NCBI GenBank assembly: GCA_051648545.1
Contig: JBOFFI010000035.1
Location: 82,682-146,681 of the forward strand
Origin: Alphaproteobacteria bacterium
GTDB taxonomy: Bacteria > Pseudomonadota > Alphaproteobacteria > Holosporales > JBOFFI01
Direction of reading: 5' to 3'
Length of the DNA: 64,000 nucleotides
In this document: in pieces, positions 55,466 to 64,000 of the stretch
Layout of the letters: every line of letters begins with the position of its first letter
How positions within the stretch are numbered: position 1 is the stretch's first letter
Made by a program: the position numbers and the translations under genes
The notes under the pieces: model-generated
Told to the model about the DNA's origin: nothing
Seen by the model: only the letters and a program-made list of their open reading frames with translations
Database searches by the model: none

Positions 55466-57814
55466 TTAATTTTCAGCTGCTTCTTCAAAAAACCCCTCCA
55501 GAAGCTCATCTGTCATGTCAACATTAAGCTGTTTGAAAGCCTCATGGGCCGCCACGTGGCTTTCTGAACTCAAATTTTCTTTCCTAAATAGCGCCCAGAA
55601 TTGAGACACGTCTTCTCCTCTTTTTTTCATCTGCTCGATAAAAGAAGGCACCTGTATCAAGAGGGCATTATAGATATCCTCTTTACTTGCACTCAAAGGC
55701 ACGTCAGGGTGAATGCCAGACAAGGCTTCGACCAACATTGTACGAGATCCGCCCAAACAGGCGTTATAGCTTCCTTGACGAATATTTGCTTGAATCGCTG
55801 CTTCCCCACCAGCTCTTTGAGTTTCGTAAGCTTTTTCAGCCTCAGGTTTCATTTCCCAGTACATGCGCCAAGGCCCCACAAAACCACCTTTGATAAAACT
55901 CAAAACAGCATCAGAATCGTTTAAGCTTGAGACAGCAGCCCACACGAGATTAATCCTCTCCCGCTCGGCGGCTCTGCTTTGAAGCCGATTAAATTGGGAA
56001 AGTGCATCTTCTCGTTCTTCTGGTGTGAGCCTATCTAGACTTGTGCAAACTCCCTCAAATGTAAGTGCGCCAAGGGGAGCAGGATTTGGATACTGCTTCT
56101 GAAGCGCCTTAAACGCATTCTCATAATGGCTTTCTGTCTTAGAAGCGTGGACCGTCTGGTTTCTGATCTGAGGCAAGCGCTTTTCAAGAGGTCTAGGAGC
56201 TTGTCTAGTAGCTTCAGCCTCCCGTCTAGCAACCTCCAAAAGCTGCATTAAAGCCTCGCTTGCAGCTGTTTGTTCCTCCATATCTCGTAAATGACCTATG
56301 GCTCTTTCTAAATCCCCACCAATCCATTGTCCTCCAGGGAACCATGTATTTTGTAAGTAATTCGTAAGGCCTTCTCCGTCTAAACCTTCTGACATAAAAA
56401 ACGTAAATTTTGAAAAATCCCTTTTTTCCAGGCAGATGTTAAGCAGTTCAGCTCGATCAAATTGGCCTAAGGAGACCCACGTCTCAAATTCATTTTTTGT
56501 CATATTGTCAGATCTTAGTTCTTTAACTCCCATAAAAAAAGGAGCCAACAGCGAGATAGAATTTTCGTGCTCTGGAGACCATCTTGGATCGCTGTACGAC
56601 AAAGACCTCAGAGAAGAATCAAGAGCACATATATTTTTTGCCCAAACTTCGTAGTTTCTATCTGCATTTGCAGGCGGCTTACATATGCCATAAGGTCTAC
56701 AATGCTTAGGGATGCCTTTTAAAAATAGATTGGTCTCTTCTAGCGACCCAGTAATCCAAGATAATGCTAACCGATGCGCGATCCCATCAGGACGAAAATT
56801 CTCTGGGAGGTTCTGGTATAATTTGAGAGCCTTGTTGTCTACAATCCCCCACTTCCCGAGTTCATGCCAACTTATTCTATCATTAAAATGTAATTCCTTT
56901 CGGAGAAAATTGAAAAATTCCATGCTATCCTCTACATCAGCGAACTGAATGAGATCCCAACTTATGCGCTTTTTAGAAGGACGTCGATGTATGGGAAGCC
57001 CATTGTAAAATTCGATGGTCTCTGCTGCGCTGCTGCGCTTAAGTTGCTCCCATTTTATGGGCTTTCTAGGACGCTCATTGTCTGGAAGGCTATAGAAGGA
57101 GTTGAGGATCTCTGCTACGCTTTGTTCCTCAAGTTGCTCCCATTTTTTACGCTTTCTAGGATGAAAATTATCTTTAAGAAAATTATCAAATTTCTCATTA
57201 TCCCCATACTTAAATAGATACCACTCGTAGGGCTTTTGAGGCCGCAAATTCTCTGGGAGGAAATTGAAAAATTTAATGCTATCCTCTACATTAGGATACC
57301 GAATGAGACGCCAGGTTATGCGCTCTTGAGGGTGTAAGTTTTTTGGAAGCCCATTAAAAAATTTGATGGTCTCTGCTGCATTTTTGCGCTTAAGTTGATA
57401 CCACCTTATGGGCTTTTTAGGATGTAAATTTTTTGGAAGGATATGGAGAAATCCAAGAATCTCGTCCAGATTTTCGTGCCCGATTAACGGCCAAGTTATG
57501 GGCTGAACAGGGCGTAGATGTTCTGGGAGGCCCCAGTAAAATTCTTGGGTATCTTTCCCATTATTGTACTTGGCCTTGGGCCAATACGCAGGCTTATGAG
57601 GGCGCTTATCCTCTGGTAAAGCATAGAAAGCTTCTAAAATATTTTTTGCCTTCTTATGTTTTTCTATGAGACTACCCCAACAGCCATATTTCCTATATGA
57701 TTTAGTTCCCGCTAAATGCTCTCCAGTACCATTTTTAGGCATAGCTACTAACCCAGGGCTTGCCACCGTAGCCAACAAAGTAAATAAAATCAATTTTTTT
57801 GTAAAATATTTCAT
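55466..57814 (-). CDS. Secreted tandem-repeat protein of unknown family (candidate surface/effector protein)
   Basis: Signal peptide MKYFTKKLILFTLLATVASPGLVA (start ATG 57814; the ORF track begins 57859); about 11 repeats of 30 aa, then a non-repetitive C-terminal domain of about 400 aa; AT-rich gene. Confidence 0.75.
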   Translation of the reverse strand: MKYFTKKLILFTLLATVASPGLVAMPKNGTGEHLAGTKSYRKYGCWGSLIEKHKKAKNILEAFYALPEDKRPHKPAYWPKAKYNNGKDTQEFYWGLPEHLRPVQPITWPLIGHENLDEILGFLHILPKNLHPKKPIRWYQLKRKNAAETIKFFNGLPKNLHPQERITWRLIRYPNVEDSIKFFNFLPENLRPQKPYEWYLFKYGDNEKFDNFLKDNFHPRKRKKWEQLEEQSVAEILNSFYSLPDNERPRKPIKWEQLKRSSAAETIEFYNGLPIHRRPSKKRISWDLIQFADVEDSMEFFNFLRKELHFNDRISWHELGKWGIVDNKALKLYQNLPENFRPDGIAHRLALSWITGSLEETNLFLKGIPKHCRPYGICKPPANADRNYEVWAKNICALDSSLRSLSYSDPRWSPEHENSISLLAPFFMGVKELRSDNMTKNEFETWVSLGQFDRAELLNICLEKRDFSKFTFFMSEGLDGEGLTNYLQNTWFPGGQWIGGDLERAIGHLRDMEEQTAASEALMQLLEVARREAEATRQAPRPLEKRLPQIRNQTVHASKTESHYENAFKALQKQYPNPAPLGALTFEGVCTSLDRLTPEEREDALSQFNRLQSRAAERERINLVWAAVSSLNDSDAVLSFIKGGFVGPWRMYWEMKPEAEKAYETQRAGGEAAIQANIRQGSYNACLGGSRTMLVEALSGIHPDVPLSASKEDIYNALLIQVPSFIEQMKKRGEDVSQFWALFRKENLSSESHVAAHEAFKQLNVDMTDELLEGFFEEAAEN
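56675..57640 (-). repeat. In-frame tandem coding repeats, period about 90 nt (30 aa), about 11 copies
   Basis: LP or its degenerate equivalent recurs at ORF residues 81,111,141,171,201,~231,258,288,~318,351,383; consensus F[FY]xxLPxNLRPxKPIxWxxL; the most similar copies are recognisable at nucleotide level. Confidence 0.8.
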
Positions 57815-57950
57815 ATTTTTAATCCCTCTTAATAAAAAATTAACAAATATAAAATACATATTAATAAACGAAATGAAAAAAAATTTTTTTAATTCATTTA
57901 TTTTTATGAATTTTTTTTGACTTTAAAACATTAAAACTCACTCTTGAGTC

Positions 57951-58643
57951 TTACAAAAGATCTTGGGCGTTTAAAAGCCATTTTCGCCATTGTTCTCGAA
58001 CAAAGTGGCGTGTGAGACCTCGATGCAGGCGCAGGGATTCTTGGTTTAAGAAATCCACAAGCCGTTGGGCTGAAAGAAAGGAGCGTTCCATGTGTTGGAT
58101 CAGAAACGTCAAAACTTCATCTTCAACTTCTACCTGTAAATCTGCAAAAAGCTTTTGGAGTACTTGGTGAAGCAGGTCATCATCTGGTGGAAAAATTTGA
58201 GCAACGGGAAGCATTTTTAAGCGAGAATGCAAATCTGGTAGGCCAATCTTCCATCGGGCGGGGGGCTGAGGTGCCAACAATAAAAGCCAGCCTCTATTTT
58301 CTTGAATGGCGTTATAAAGGTGGAACAGATAAGTTTCATCTCTAAAGAGGTGCGCGTTATCAATGACGAGGGCAGGGTGTTTCAAGACCAGGTCTGTGGG
58401 CGTCCATGCGTTGCAGACAGTTTCCTCCACCCAATACCCTTGGGTGTGATGTTGCCACACATGGCCTAAGTGGGTTTTTCCACACCCAGGAGGGCCATAA
58501 ACTGCTAAACAGCGCTGGGGCCAATTGGGCCAACGTTGGATCCATGCAAAGGCTTCTTGGTTGCTTGGGCTTGTATAAAAACGCTCCGAAGACAGGACAG
58601 GGGGAAGATCTAACGGCAAAAGCAGTTGGGTTGCATCACGCAT
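57951..58643 (-). CDS. hda: DnaA regulatory inactivator Hda (HdaA)
   Basis: 230 aa; N-terminal QLLLPLDLP clamp-binding-like motif, Walker A GPPGCGKTHL, DnaA-domain-III-like remainder. Confidence 0.8.
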   Translation of the reverse strand: MRDATQLLLPLDLPPVLSSERFYTSPSNQEAFAWIQRWPNWPQRCLAVYGPPGCGKTHLGHVWQHHTQGYWVEETVCNAWTPTDLVLKHPALVIDNAHLFRDETYLFHLYNAIQENRGWLLLLAPQPPARWKIGLPDLHSRLKMLPVAQIFPPDDDLLHQVLQKLFADLQVEVEDEVLTFLIQHMERSFLSAQRLVDFLNQESLRLHRGLTRHFVREQWRKWLLNAQDLL

Positions 58644-59748
58644 CAGGCTTTAAAGCTTTTGGGTTATAAAGAGAGCTATCTAAATAGGCCTGGACCATAA
58701 AACGTATGCAGACCCCCAAAACTGCCGCTACGGGAAGTGCCAGCAGTACTCCTGTAAACCCGCTTAAAACCGCGCCAGCAAACAAGGCAAACATAATCCA
58801 AACAGGGTGTAAGCCTGTGTGTCCTCCCACAAACTTCGGGGTTAAAAAGAGACCTTCCAAAAGCTGACCCCCTGCATAAACAAGCCCAATTAACCCAATA
58901 CCTCCCCAGGTGGTGAATTGGATGGCTCCCAGAATCAAGGCAATCAATAAACCGATTAAAAACCCAACGTAGGGGACAAATGCAAGTAAACCTGTAAGCG
59001 TCCCGATGATAAATGCTGAATCCAGGCCAACAAAAGCAAGGGCTGTGCTGTAATATAATGCCAACACAACGCACACCAAAAGCTGTCCCCGGGCATAGGC
59101 CCCAAGGGTTTTATCAATTTCACTAAAAAGGATGCGAAACCTCGTTACCTGGCTTCTAGGGATGAGGGTATCAAGCTTTGCGAGAAGAATCTGCCAATCT
59201 TTCAAGAGATAAAATGCCACAACGGGTGCTATGAAAATGAGAGATAAGATATTAGCTAAAGCCAATCCACTTGTGAAAACAGTTCCCAAAAACGTCAGAA
59301 ACCAGCTAAAAACTTGCCCGAAAGAGCCTGTCGCCATTTTTTTTAAAGAATCAAGCTCTTCCACAGATACATATTGGGAAAAATTTTCAAAAAAAGGTTC
59401 TATTTTTTTTAAGACGTGCTGACCATATTCTGGAAAATGTCCTAAAAGAAAAAGCAGCTCTGACTTAATAAAAGGAATGGTGATAAACAAAAGTATCAAG
59501 ACCAAAAAAATGAACGTACCAATGATGAGTGCAGAGCCAAGGGCGCGCGGAAGATGCCACTGTTCAGCTTTCTGGACCAAAGGGTTAAAAATATATGCAA
59601 TTAAAAAACCTGCCACAAAGGGCATCAACATCCCCTGTAGGAGATAAAAAAGAACCCCGAAGGACGCAAAAAGAACGCCCCAAAATAAGGGAGCTCGCTT
59701 GTGCAGCAGGGTGAGGGAAAAAGGATTATGCGTTGGATGAATCACCAA
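58636..59748 (-). CDS. AI-2E family transporter (PerM/YhhT-like)
   Basis: 370 aa, about 8 TMs; C-terminal conserved VWIMFALFAGAVLSGFTGVLLALPVAAV. Confidence 0.85.
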   Translation of the reverse strand: MVIHPTHNPFSLTLLHKRAPLFWGVLFASFGVLFYLLQGMLMPFVAGFLIAYIFNPLVQKAEQWHLPRALGSALIIGTFIFLVLILLFITIPFIKSELLFLLGHFPEYGQHVLKKIEPFFENFSQYVSVEELDSLKKMATGSFGQVFSWFLTFLGTVFTSGLALANILSLIFIAPVVAFYLLKDWQILLAKLDTLIPRSQVTRFRILFSEIDKTLGAYARGQLLVCVVLALYYSTALAFVGLDSAFIIGTLTGLLAFVPYVGFLIGLLIALILGAIQFTTWGGIGLIGLVYAGGQLLEGLFLTPKFVGGHTGLHPVWIMFALFAGAVLSGFTGVLLALPVAAVLGVCIRFMVQAYLDSSLYNPKALKPDA

Positions 59749-59764
59749 TAAAGTCCTCTTTGTT

Positions 59765-60382
59765 TTACTTAAATTTCATGCTGCGTCTTTTTTTGAATTT
59801 CATCGTGCTTGATTGAAACCGGGAAGACGAAAGGGGAGGCTGAAGGTTAGAAAAAAGAGAGGTTTCTTTCATAAGCAAAAGCCACATCCGGCTATAAAAA
59901 GCAGCGGAAATAAGCGTTGTCAAAGCCACTGAATAGTAGAGACCTTCAGAAATTGCGGGGTAAGAAAAATTGGGATAGAGAGAAATAAGCACCACGCAAA
60001 TTTGAAGCAGTGTATTCAATTTGCTTACCCATAACGGTTTTACCTCAAAAGGTTTTTTTGCTAACCACAAAGATGCAACGCCTGCTAAAATCAAGATATC
60101 TCGTAAAACTGCTAAAAACGTGATCCAAGATGGAATCACTCCATAAAATGTGAGGGCTATAAGCACAGAGCTCAAAAGAACTTTATCGGCCAAAGGATCT
60201 AAATAGGCCCCCAAGCGAGAATAAGATTTTAGATAGCGTGCAAAAAAACCATCCACAAAATCTGAGCAAGCTGCCAAGCAAAATAAAATGAAAGCTTCTT
60301 GAAAAAAATCTTGAGAAATGAAGTACACAATCACAAAACTGGAAAAAAGCCTAAAAAGACTGATTAAATTAGGCAGGGTCAC
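59765..60382 (-). CDS. pgsA: CDP-alcohol phosphatidyltransferase (likely phosphatidylglycerophosphate synthase)
   Basis: DFVDGFFARYLKSYSRLGAYLDPLADKVL = D(x)2DG(x)2AR..G(x)3D(x)3D motif. Confidence 0.8.
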   Translation of the reverse strand: MTLPNLISLFRLFSSFVIVYFISQDFFQEAFILFCLAACSDFVDGFFARYLKSYSRLGAYLDPLADKVLLSSVLIALTFYGVIPSWITFLAVLRDILILAGVASLWLAKKPFEVKPLWVSKLNTLLQICVVLISLYPNFSYPAISEGLYYSVALTTLISAAFYSRMWLLLMKETSLFSNLQPPLSSSRFQSSTMKFKKRRSMKFK

Positions 60383-61164
60383 GAAACAACCCTTTTGGAC
60401 ACAAAGGCGTCTCCTGGTTGCGGGTGAGAAGATTTTTCAATATTCCATTGATGGGGCAGCTTGGTAACTTTAAATCCTAACGTTTCAAGGTGAACTGCAA
60501 AAGGGTCAGCGGACCCCTTCCAAGCAAGGGATATTTTTCCTTGATTTTGGGAAAGGCTCAAAATTTGCTGATGAACCAGCTGTTCCCCAAAGGTGTCCAG
60601 GGTTTTCCTAAGCTGAATCCAATCCCCGAAGGATGCTATCCTAACGTTTAGCAAAAGTGAGACACCTTCAGGAGAAGACATCCCATTTGCTGCATCCGCC
60701 AGTTGAGAAGAGGCTTCACCTACGTCTGATGTTTTTTGTTTCAGCCATTTTTCAAGGGCTTTACGTTTAAACGTAAAATGAAACATACCTCGATATTGGG
60801 CGGAATTGACCTTTTCTTTTTTCACTGAAAAAGACTCCACCATATCTAAAAGCGTTGTATCCGAAGGTAGGGGAGGGGGTGTGGCTTCTGAGTTATCTGC
60901 ATAATAAAGGGATGCTTCCCGTAGCGCCCTTCGGTGTGCTTCTAAAATAGCCTCATGGCGTGGGTCAGAAGACCACTTGCCCTGGGGAGCTTGAAGCTCA
61001 ACCCAAAGCTTATAAACTTGGTTTCCCCTTACAATGGGGGTTGCGCCTTCTGCTTTTATAGGCTGTGTATTCAAAAAAAGAACAACACCCCCAAAAATCA
61101 ACAGACGAAAAAAGGCAGAAAAATAAATAGAGCAAACAAGAAAGGGTCGAGAAAAACGCTTCAT
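60379..61164 (-). CDS. Secreted hypothetical protein (possibly DUF2066-like)
   Basis: 261 aa with N-terminal hydrophobic signal/anchor; 4-nt overlap with pgsA implies co-translation; no motif recognised. Confidence 0.5.
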   Translation of the reverse strand: MKRFSRPFLVCSIYFSAFFRLLIFGGVVLFLNTQPIKAEGATPIVRGNQVYKLWVELQAPQGKWSSDPRHEAILEAHRRALREASLYYADNSEATPPPLPSDTTLLDMVESFSVKKEKVNSAQYRGMFHFTFKRKALEKWLKQKTSDVGEASSQLADAANGMSSPEGVSLLLNVRIASFGDWIQLRKTLDTFGEQLVHQQILSLSQNQGKISLAWKGSADPFAVHLETLGFKVTKLPHQWNIEKSSHPQPGDAFVSKRVVS

Positions 61165-61319
61165 GGGCCCCCGAGGCTTTAAGATCTTCCGGAAAATTTA
61201 GCTTATTCTACCTATCTTGCCAGCAAAAAACAAGGACTGTTTCATTTTTTTAAGACATTGAAAAAAATTTGATTTTTTTGAATTTGAATGCTATAGAGCA
61301 TCCTATATGAGATAACGGA

Positions 61320-62165
61320 ATGAGCATTAAAATGCCTACCCATGCCTTAGACAAACCCATAGCTCCCCCTTTTGGTAGCTTTAAACCGAAGCTAGGGGGG
61401 CGTGCGATTTTGGCTTTGGTTCGATTGGGGCTTGGCAGAGGTGGGATTAGCAAACGCCTTCGGACTATATGGTGCAAATGGATTCCGATGACGATAGTTG
61501 ATGTGGTTTACCACGGTTTAAAGCTGAGGCTTCAACCAGAAGGTAATTTCATTGAATCCAAGATTTTATTCAGCTCTGGCTTGCGGGAAGCAAAAGCGCT
61601 TTCCTGGCTTCAAAACATGCTTCCCCCTCTTGGGGGTATTTTTATCGATATTGGTGCCAACATTGGCTATTATGCTCTCATGGGGGCAAAATTTGGAGCA
61701 GCTAAGGTGCTCGCGGTGGAGCCTAATCCAGAGCTTGCCCAAAGGCTTCGGGAAGCCATTGAAACAAATGGCTTTGGCCAACAAATTTCAGTGTTTGAAG
61801 TTGGATTAGGGCCCCGGGAAGAGACCCTTCGATTTGTGATAAGCAAGGAAGATAAAGGCAGCAGCTCTGCAGTCAAACAAAACCTCACAGGGGAAGCGAT
61901 TCAAATTCAAGTGATACCTTTACGAAAATTATTAGCTTCCCAAGGTGTTAAAACCATCGATGTGTTAAAAATTGATGTGGAAGGCATGGAAGATACTATT
62001 CTATTTGATTTTTTTGAGAATGCTTCACCCCAGCTGTTTCCCCGTTTGATTATCATGGAAGAAAACCAATCGCTGTGGCAGCGGGACATCTTAGCTTGGC
62101 TTTTGACACATGGATACATCTTGGCTGAAAAACTTAAAGACAATGTCATTCTGATTAGAAATTAA
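61320..62165 (+). CDS. FkbM-family SAM-dependent methyltransferase
   Basis: FIDIGANIGYYAL, LAVEPNP, TIDVLKIDVEGMEDTIL; true start may be an internal Met. Confidence 0.75.
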   Translation: MSIKMPTHALDKPIAPPFGSFKPKLGGRAILALVRLGLGRGGISKRLRTIWCKWIPMTIVDVVYHGLKLRLQPEGNFIESKILFSSGLREAKALSWLQNMLPPLGGIFIDIGANIGYYALMGAKFGAAKVLAVEPNPELAQRLREAIETNGFGQQISVFEVGLGPREETLRFVISKEDKGSSSAVKQNLTGEAIQIQVIPLRKLLASQGVKTIDVLKIDVEGMEDTILFDFFENASPQLFPRLIIMEENQSLWQRDILAWLLTHGYILAEKLKDNVILIRN

Positions 62166-62175
62166 TAATTCACCT

Positions 62176-62838
62176 CTATCTTGGTTTTGAAGGCGTCGCA
62201 GTTGCCTCAAGACAGTGTTTGATGTAAGGCTCTCTTCCTTTCGAACAAGCAGTTTTGCAAATGCTTTTGATGCTTGATTTGGAGCACATCTTTTTTGTGC
62301 AAAACCCAAGACAAAAAGATATGAGCGCCGTTTCGAGCACTGCATAGCCACCACCAGCGATGAGCCCTCCGATTGCACCAGGAACAGCGCCTACAGCTGC
62401 ACCAGGAATGCTTCCCAGCTTGGACAATTCTCCAGAAGCCTCTTCATCCATCACAAGTGATGTTCCAGCAGAAACTGCCCCCCCTGTAAGTAAACCACCG
62501 TAGTTTGAGCCCACTTCCGTTCCTTTAATCATCCCTGTCACAAGGCTTAAAGGGGGAATGGCAATAGATTTTTGGCCCATGCACCGTTCGCGCTTTTCTT
62601 TTATTTTATCGTCACCAATCTCACACTCTTTTTTGCAAAACGTTTGAAATTCTTCAAATTTACAAAGTTTTTCACCGCAAACAATGGGACAAACAAGAAA
62701 TTTGTCTGATTTAAGCATGCTATCTAGCGCTTCTATATTATTTGAGTGGGCTATATCGGGATTGAAATCGTCCCGGCCGCCAAAAGACGCGTTTGCAAAC
62801 GTAAAAAGGCAAATGGCTATTTTTTTTCTATTTAACAT
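62176..62838 (-). CDS. Secreted Cys-rich protein with central glycine-zipper segment, unknown family
   Basis: Signal peptide MLNRKKIAICLFTFANASFG; two 6-Cys modules of identical spacing (Cys 50/54/59/68/72/86 and 176/180/185/194/198/209) flanking GAAVGAVPGAIGGLIAGGG; AT-rich gene. Confidence 0.65.
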   Translation of the reverse strand: MLNRKKIAICLFTFANASFGGRDDFNPDIAHSNNIEALDSMLKSDKFLVCPIVCGEKLCKFEEFQTFCKKECEIGDDKIKEKRERCMGQKSIAIPPLSLVTGMIKGTEVGSNYGGLLTGGAVSAGTSLVMDEEASGELSKLGSIPGAAVGAVPGAIGGLIAGGGYAVLETALISFCLGFCTKKMCSKSSIKSICKTACSKGREPYIKHCLEATATPSKPR

Positions 62839-62987
62839 GGCTCAAACTCTTCCTGATTCTGTTCACTTTATAAAGAAAATACTGACAACAAGATGTTGAT
62901 AAATAATAAATTATTGCAATTTGCTGATTTTTGATGGATAGGGTTTGTTAGATATAATGCCACTTAAAGGCTGGGTTGATCTAGCGC

Positions 62988-63572
62988 TCAAGCCCCAAGT
63001 TGGAAAAAGTGAAAGGCTGATTTTCCTGAAATTTTTTGGAAATAAGTTGAAGCTTTTTCAGGCGCTGGGAACGCGTTGTTTTTCTCCATTTCAAGAACCA
63101 TCCAGGTTTGGGGGTTGATCCACCCTTGCTTGGCTAGAATATCAAGGGTTTGGGTGGCTAGATTTTGGCCATAGGGAGGGTCTAGAAAAATAATATCTGC
63201 TGGGGTGTCCGTGGGGGGAATCTGAATAGCGAGGGTGGCATAGACTGTGACATCAGCTTCTTCTTTCCAATCCACACAAAGCCCTTTGATCCGCTTGCAA
63301 AGCTCTGGATTGCGCTCTAAGAAAAAAACAGGTGAAGCACCCCTTGAAAGGGCCTCCAACCCAAAGCTCCCCGTTCCTGCAAAGCAATCAAGGACTCGAA
63401 CGTTTTCAAAAGAAGGCCCCATCGCCTCCTTTAAACACCTGTGGGTCAACACATTAAACACCATCTCCCGATTGCGGTCCGTCGTGGGTCGCAGCCCATC
63501 CACCTCAGGGAAGGGGATAACCCGTCCTTTAAGACGCCCGGAGAGAATGCGGCATTTCATCGTAGCTTTCAC
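62988..63572 (-). CDS. rsmD: 16S rRNA (guanine966-N2)-methyltransferase RsmD
   Basis: ILSGRLKGR, LDCFAGTGSFGLEALSRGA, IFLDPPY; start may be the second Met (63560). Confidence 0.88.
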   Translation of the reverse strand: MKATMKCRILSGRLKGRVIPFPEVDGLRPTTDRNREMVFNVLTHRCLKEAMGPSFENVRVLDCFAGTGSFGLEALSRGASPVFFLERNPELCKRIKGLCVDWKEEADVTVYATLAIQIPPTDTPADIIFLDPPYGQNLATQTLDILAKQGWINPQTWMVLEMEKNNAFPAPEKASTYFQKISGKSAFHFFQLGA

Positions 63573-63598
63573 CTAAGCTTTTCTCTCCTTATCTCTAT

Positions 63599-64000
63599 TT
63601 AAATGGCCTGCGGTGCCTCATGGTTGGGCACATACAACACAATTTTTTGGGGTCGCTTGTTGGGTGTGTCAGAAATATTAAAAATGTGGAGGGTTTCCCT
63701 TGACCTTAAAAATTGTTCGTCCCATTTGACTTCACACAGAACTGTTCCGCGGAAAGGTGTGAGGTGCAGATGGGGCGCTTCATCAATCAGCTCCCGGCCA
63801 GCGCCCAGCACGCGGTTGTCTTGAGCAACGCGAACGAAAGAATCTGTTGCAATGACGCACCCTTGAACCCAATCAATCAAATCATCTTCTGACATGCCCG
63901 CTTGGACTTGAAAACCTAACACAAAAGAATCTGTGAGCCAAGCTTCCCGAAGGGGAAGGCTATAAACACGGTCTTGTTGTTCAAAGGGGAGAGCAATGTA
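63599..64000 (-). CDS. Hypothetical protein, C-terminal 133 aa (5' end outside window)
   Basis: Reading frame stays open from stop 63599 to the window edge (hand translation of 63923-64000 shows no stop); no motif recognised. Confidence 0.5.
   Translation of the reverse strand, partial: YIALPFEQQDRVYSLPLREAWLTDSFVLGFQVQAGMSEDDLIDWVQGCVIATDSFVRVAQDNRVLGAGRELIDEAPHLHLTPFRGTVLCEVKWDEQFLRSRETLHIFNISDTPNKRPQKIVLYVPNHEAPQAI

Noticed and set aside
55757-55777. Papain-like active-site look-alike QGSYNAC in the C-terminal domain of the repeat protein
   Set aside because: Q-x5-C spacing matches papain QGSCGSC, but only about 95 residues follow and no convincing His/Asn pair lies at a suitable distance. 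It is likely a coincidence and worth only a structural check.
56675-57640. Tandem DNA repeats considered as a CRISPR array or satellite
   Set aside because: The repeats are in-frame inside a long ORF, have a 90-nt period without unique spacers, and diverge in the way protein repeats do. No cas genes are present.
1-64000. Search for mobile elements, prophage, integrase, toxin-antitoxin pairs, restriction-modification or other defence gene clusters
   Set aside because: No ORF shows transposase DDE, integrase R..HxxR..Y, phage structural, Cas, helicase-nuclease defence or TA-like motifs. I saw no terminal inverted repeats or tRNA-fragment direct repeats around the AT-rich islets.

Overview
The window is a gene-dense bacterial chromosome segment with about 65 genes. 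Gene content and local gene order point to an alphaproteobacterium. The supporting blocks are rpsF-rpsR-DUF2232-rplI, ftsE-ftsX-DUF218-plsC, gpmI-M23/EnvC-ctpA-YibQ-rppH and hda-perM-pgsA. Also consistent are a TIGR02300 'FYDLN' protein, a FliX-like gene, fliQ-fliR-flhB, thyX and a class Ia ribonucleotide reductase lacking the ATP-cone. Most of the window is core housekeeping: uvrA (partial), eno, nrdAB with tandem NrdR boxes, secA, tsaB, ftsW-murG, rpmH-rnpA-yidD-yidC, recJ, ribosomal protein genes (S6, S18, L9, L19, L21, L27, L34), kdsB, rimM-trmD, dut, tkt, gpmI, thyX, rsmD, tRNA-Glu(UUC) and tRNA-Arg(ACG). I recognised no rRNA, CRISPR array, transposase, integrase or phage gene. I could not identify a convincing multi-gene novel system such as a defence island, secretion locus or biosynthetic cluster. 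What stands out are single-gene islets, visibly richer in AT, wedged between conserved blocks and encoding secreted or eukaryote-like proteins. The first is an F-box/LRR-like protein next to a patatin-like phospholipase (5.9-8.1 kb). The second is a signal-peptide protein with about 11 tandem 30-aa repeats of a type I cannot name, beside tRNA-Arg (55.5-57.8 kb). The third is a secreted protein with two copies of a 6-Cys module flanking a glycine zipper (62.2-62.8 kb). A BacA/SbmA-type ABC transporter, tandem EamA transporters, an Nma111/DEG7-like protease and retained flagellar export genes add to this picture. Together they suggest, as inference only, a host-associated and possibly protist-associated lineage. 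Smaller items are a catalytically degenerate GGDEF-EAL protein downstream of the fliX-like gene, a 12-codon mini-ORF with a strong SD abutting secA, a nested hairpin in the rpsF leader, a perfect 14-bp palindrome upstream of a porin gene, and two genes below the ORF-track cutoff (rpmH and a small lipoprotein). All family calls come from motif recognition by eye. No database search or computation was possible, and composition statements are qualitative.
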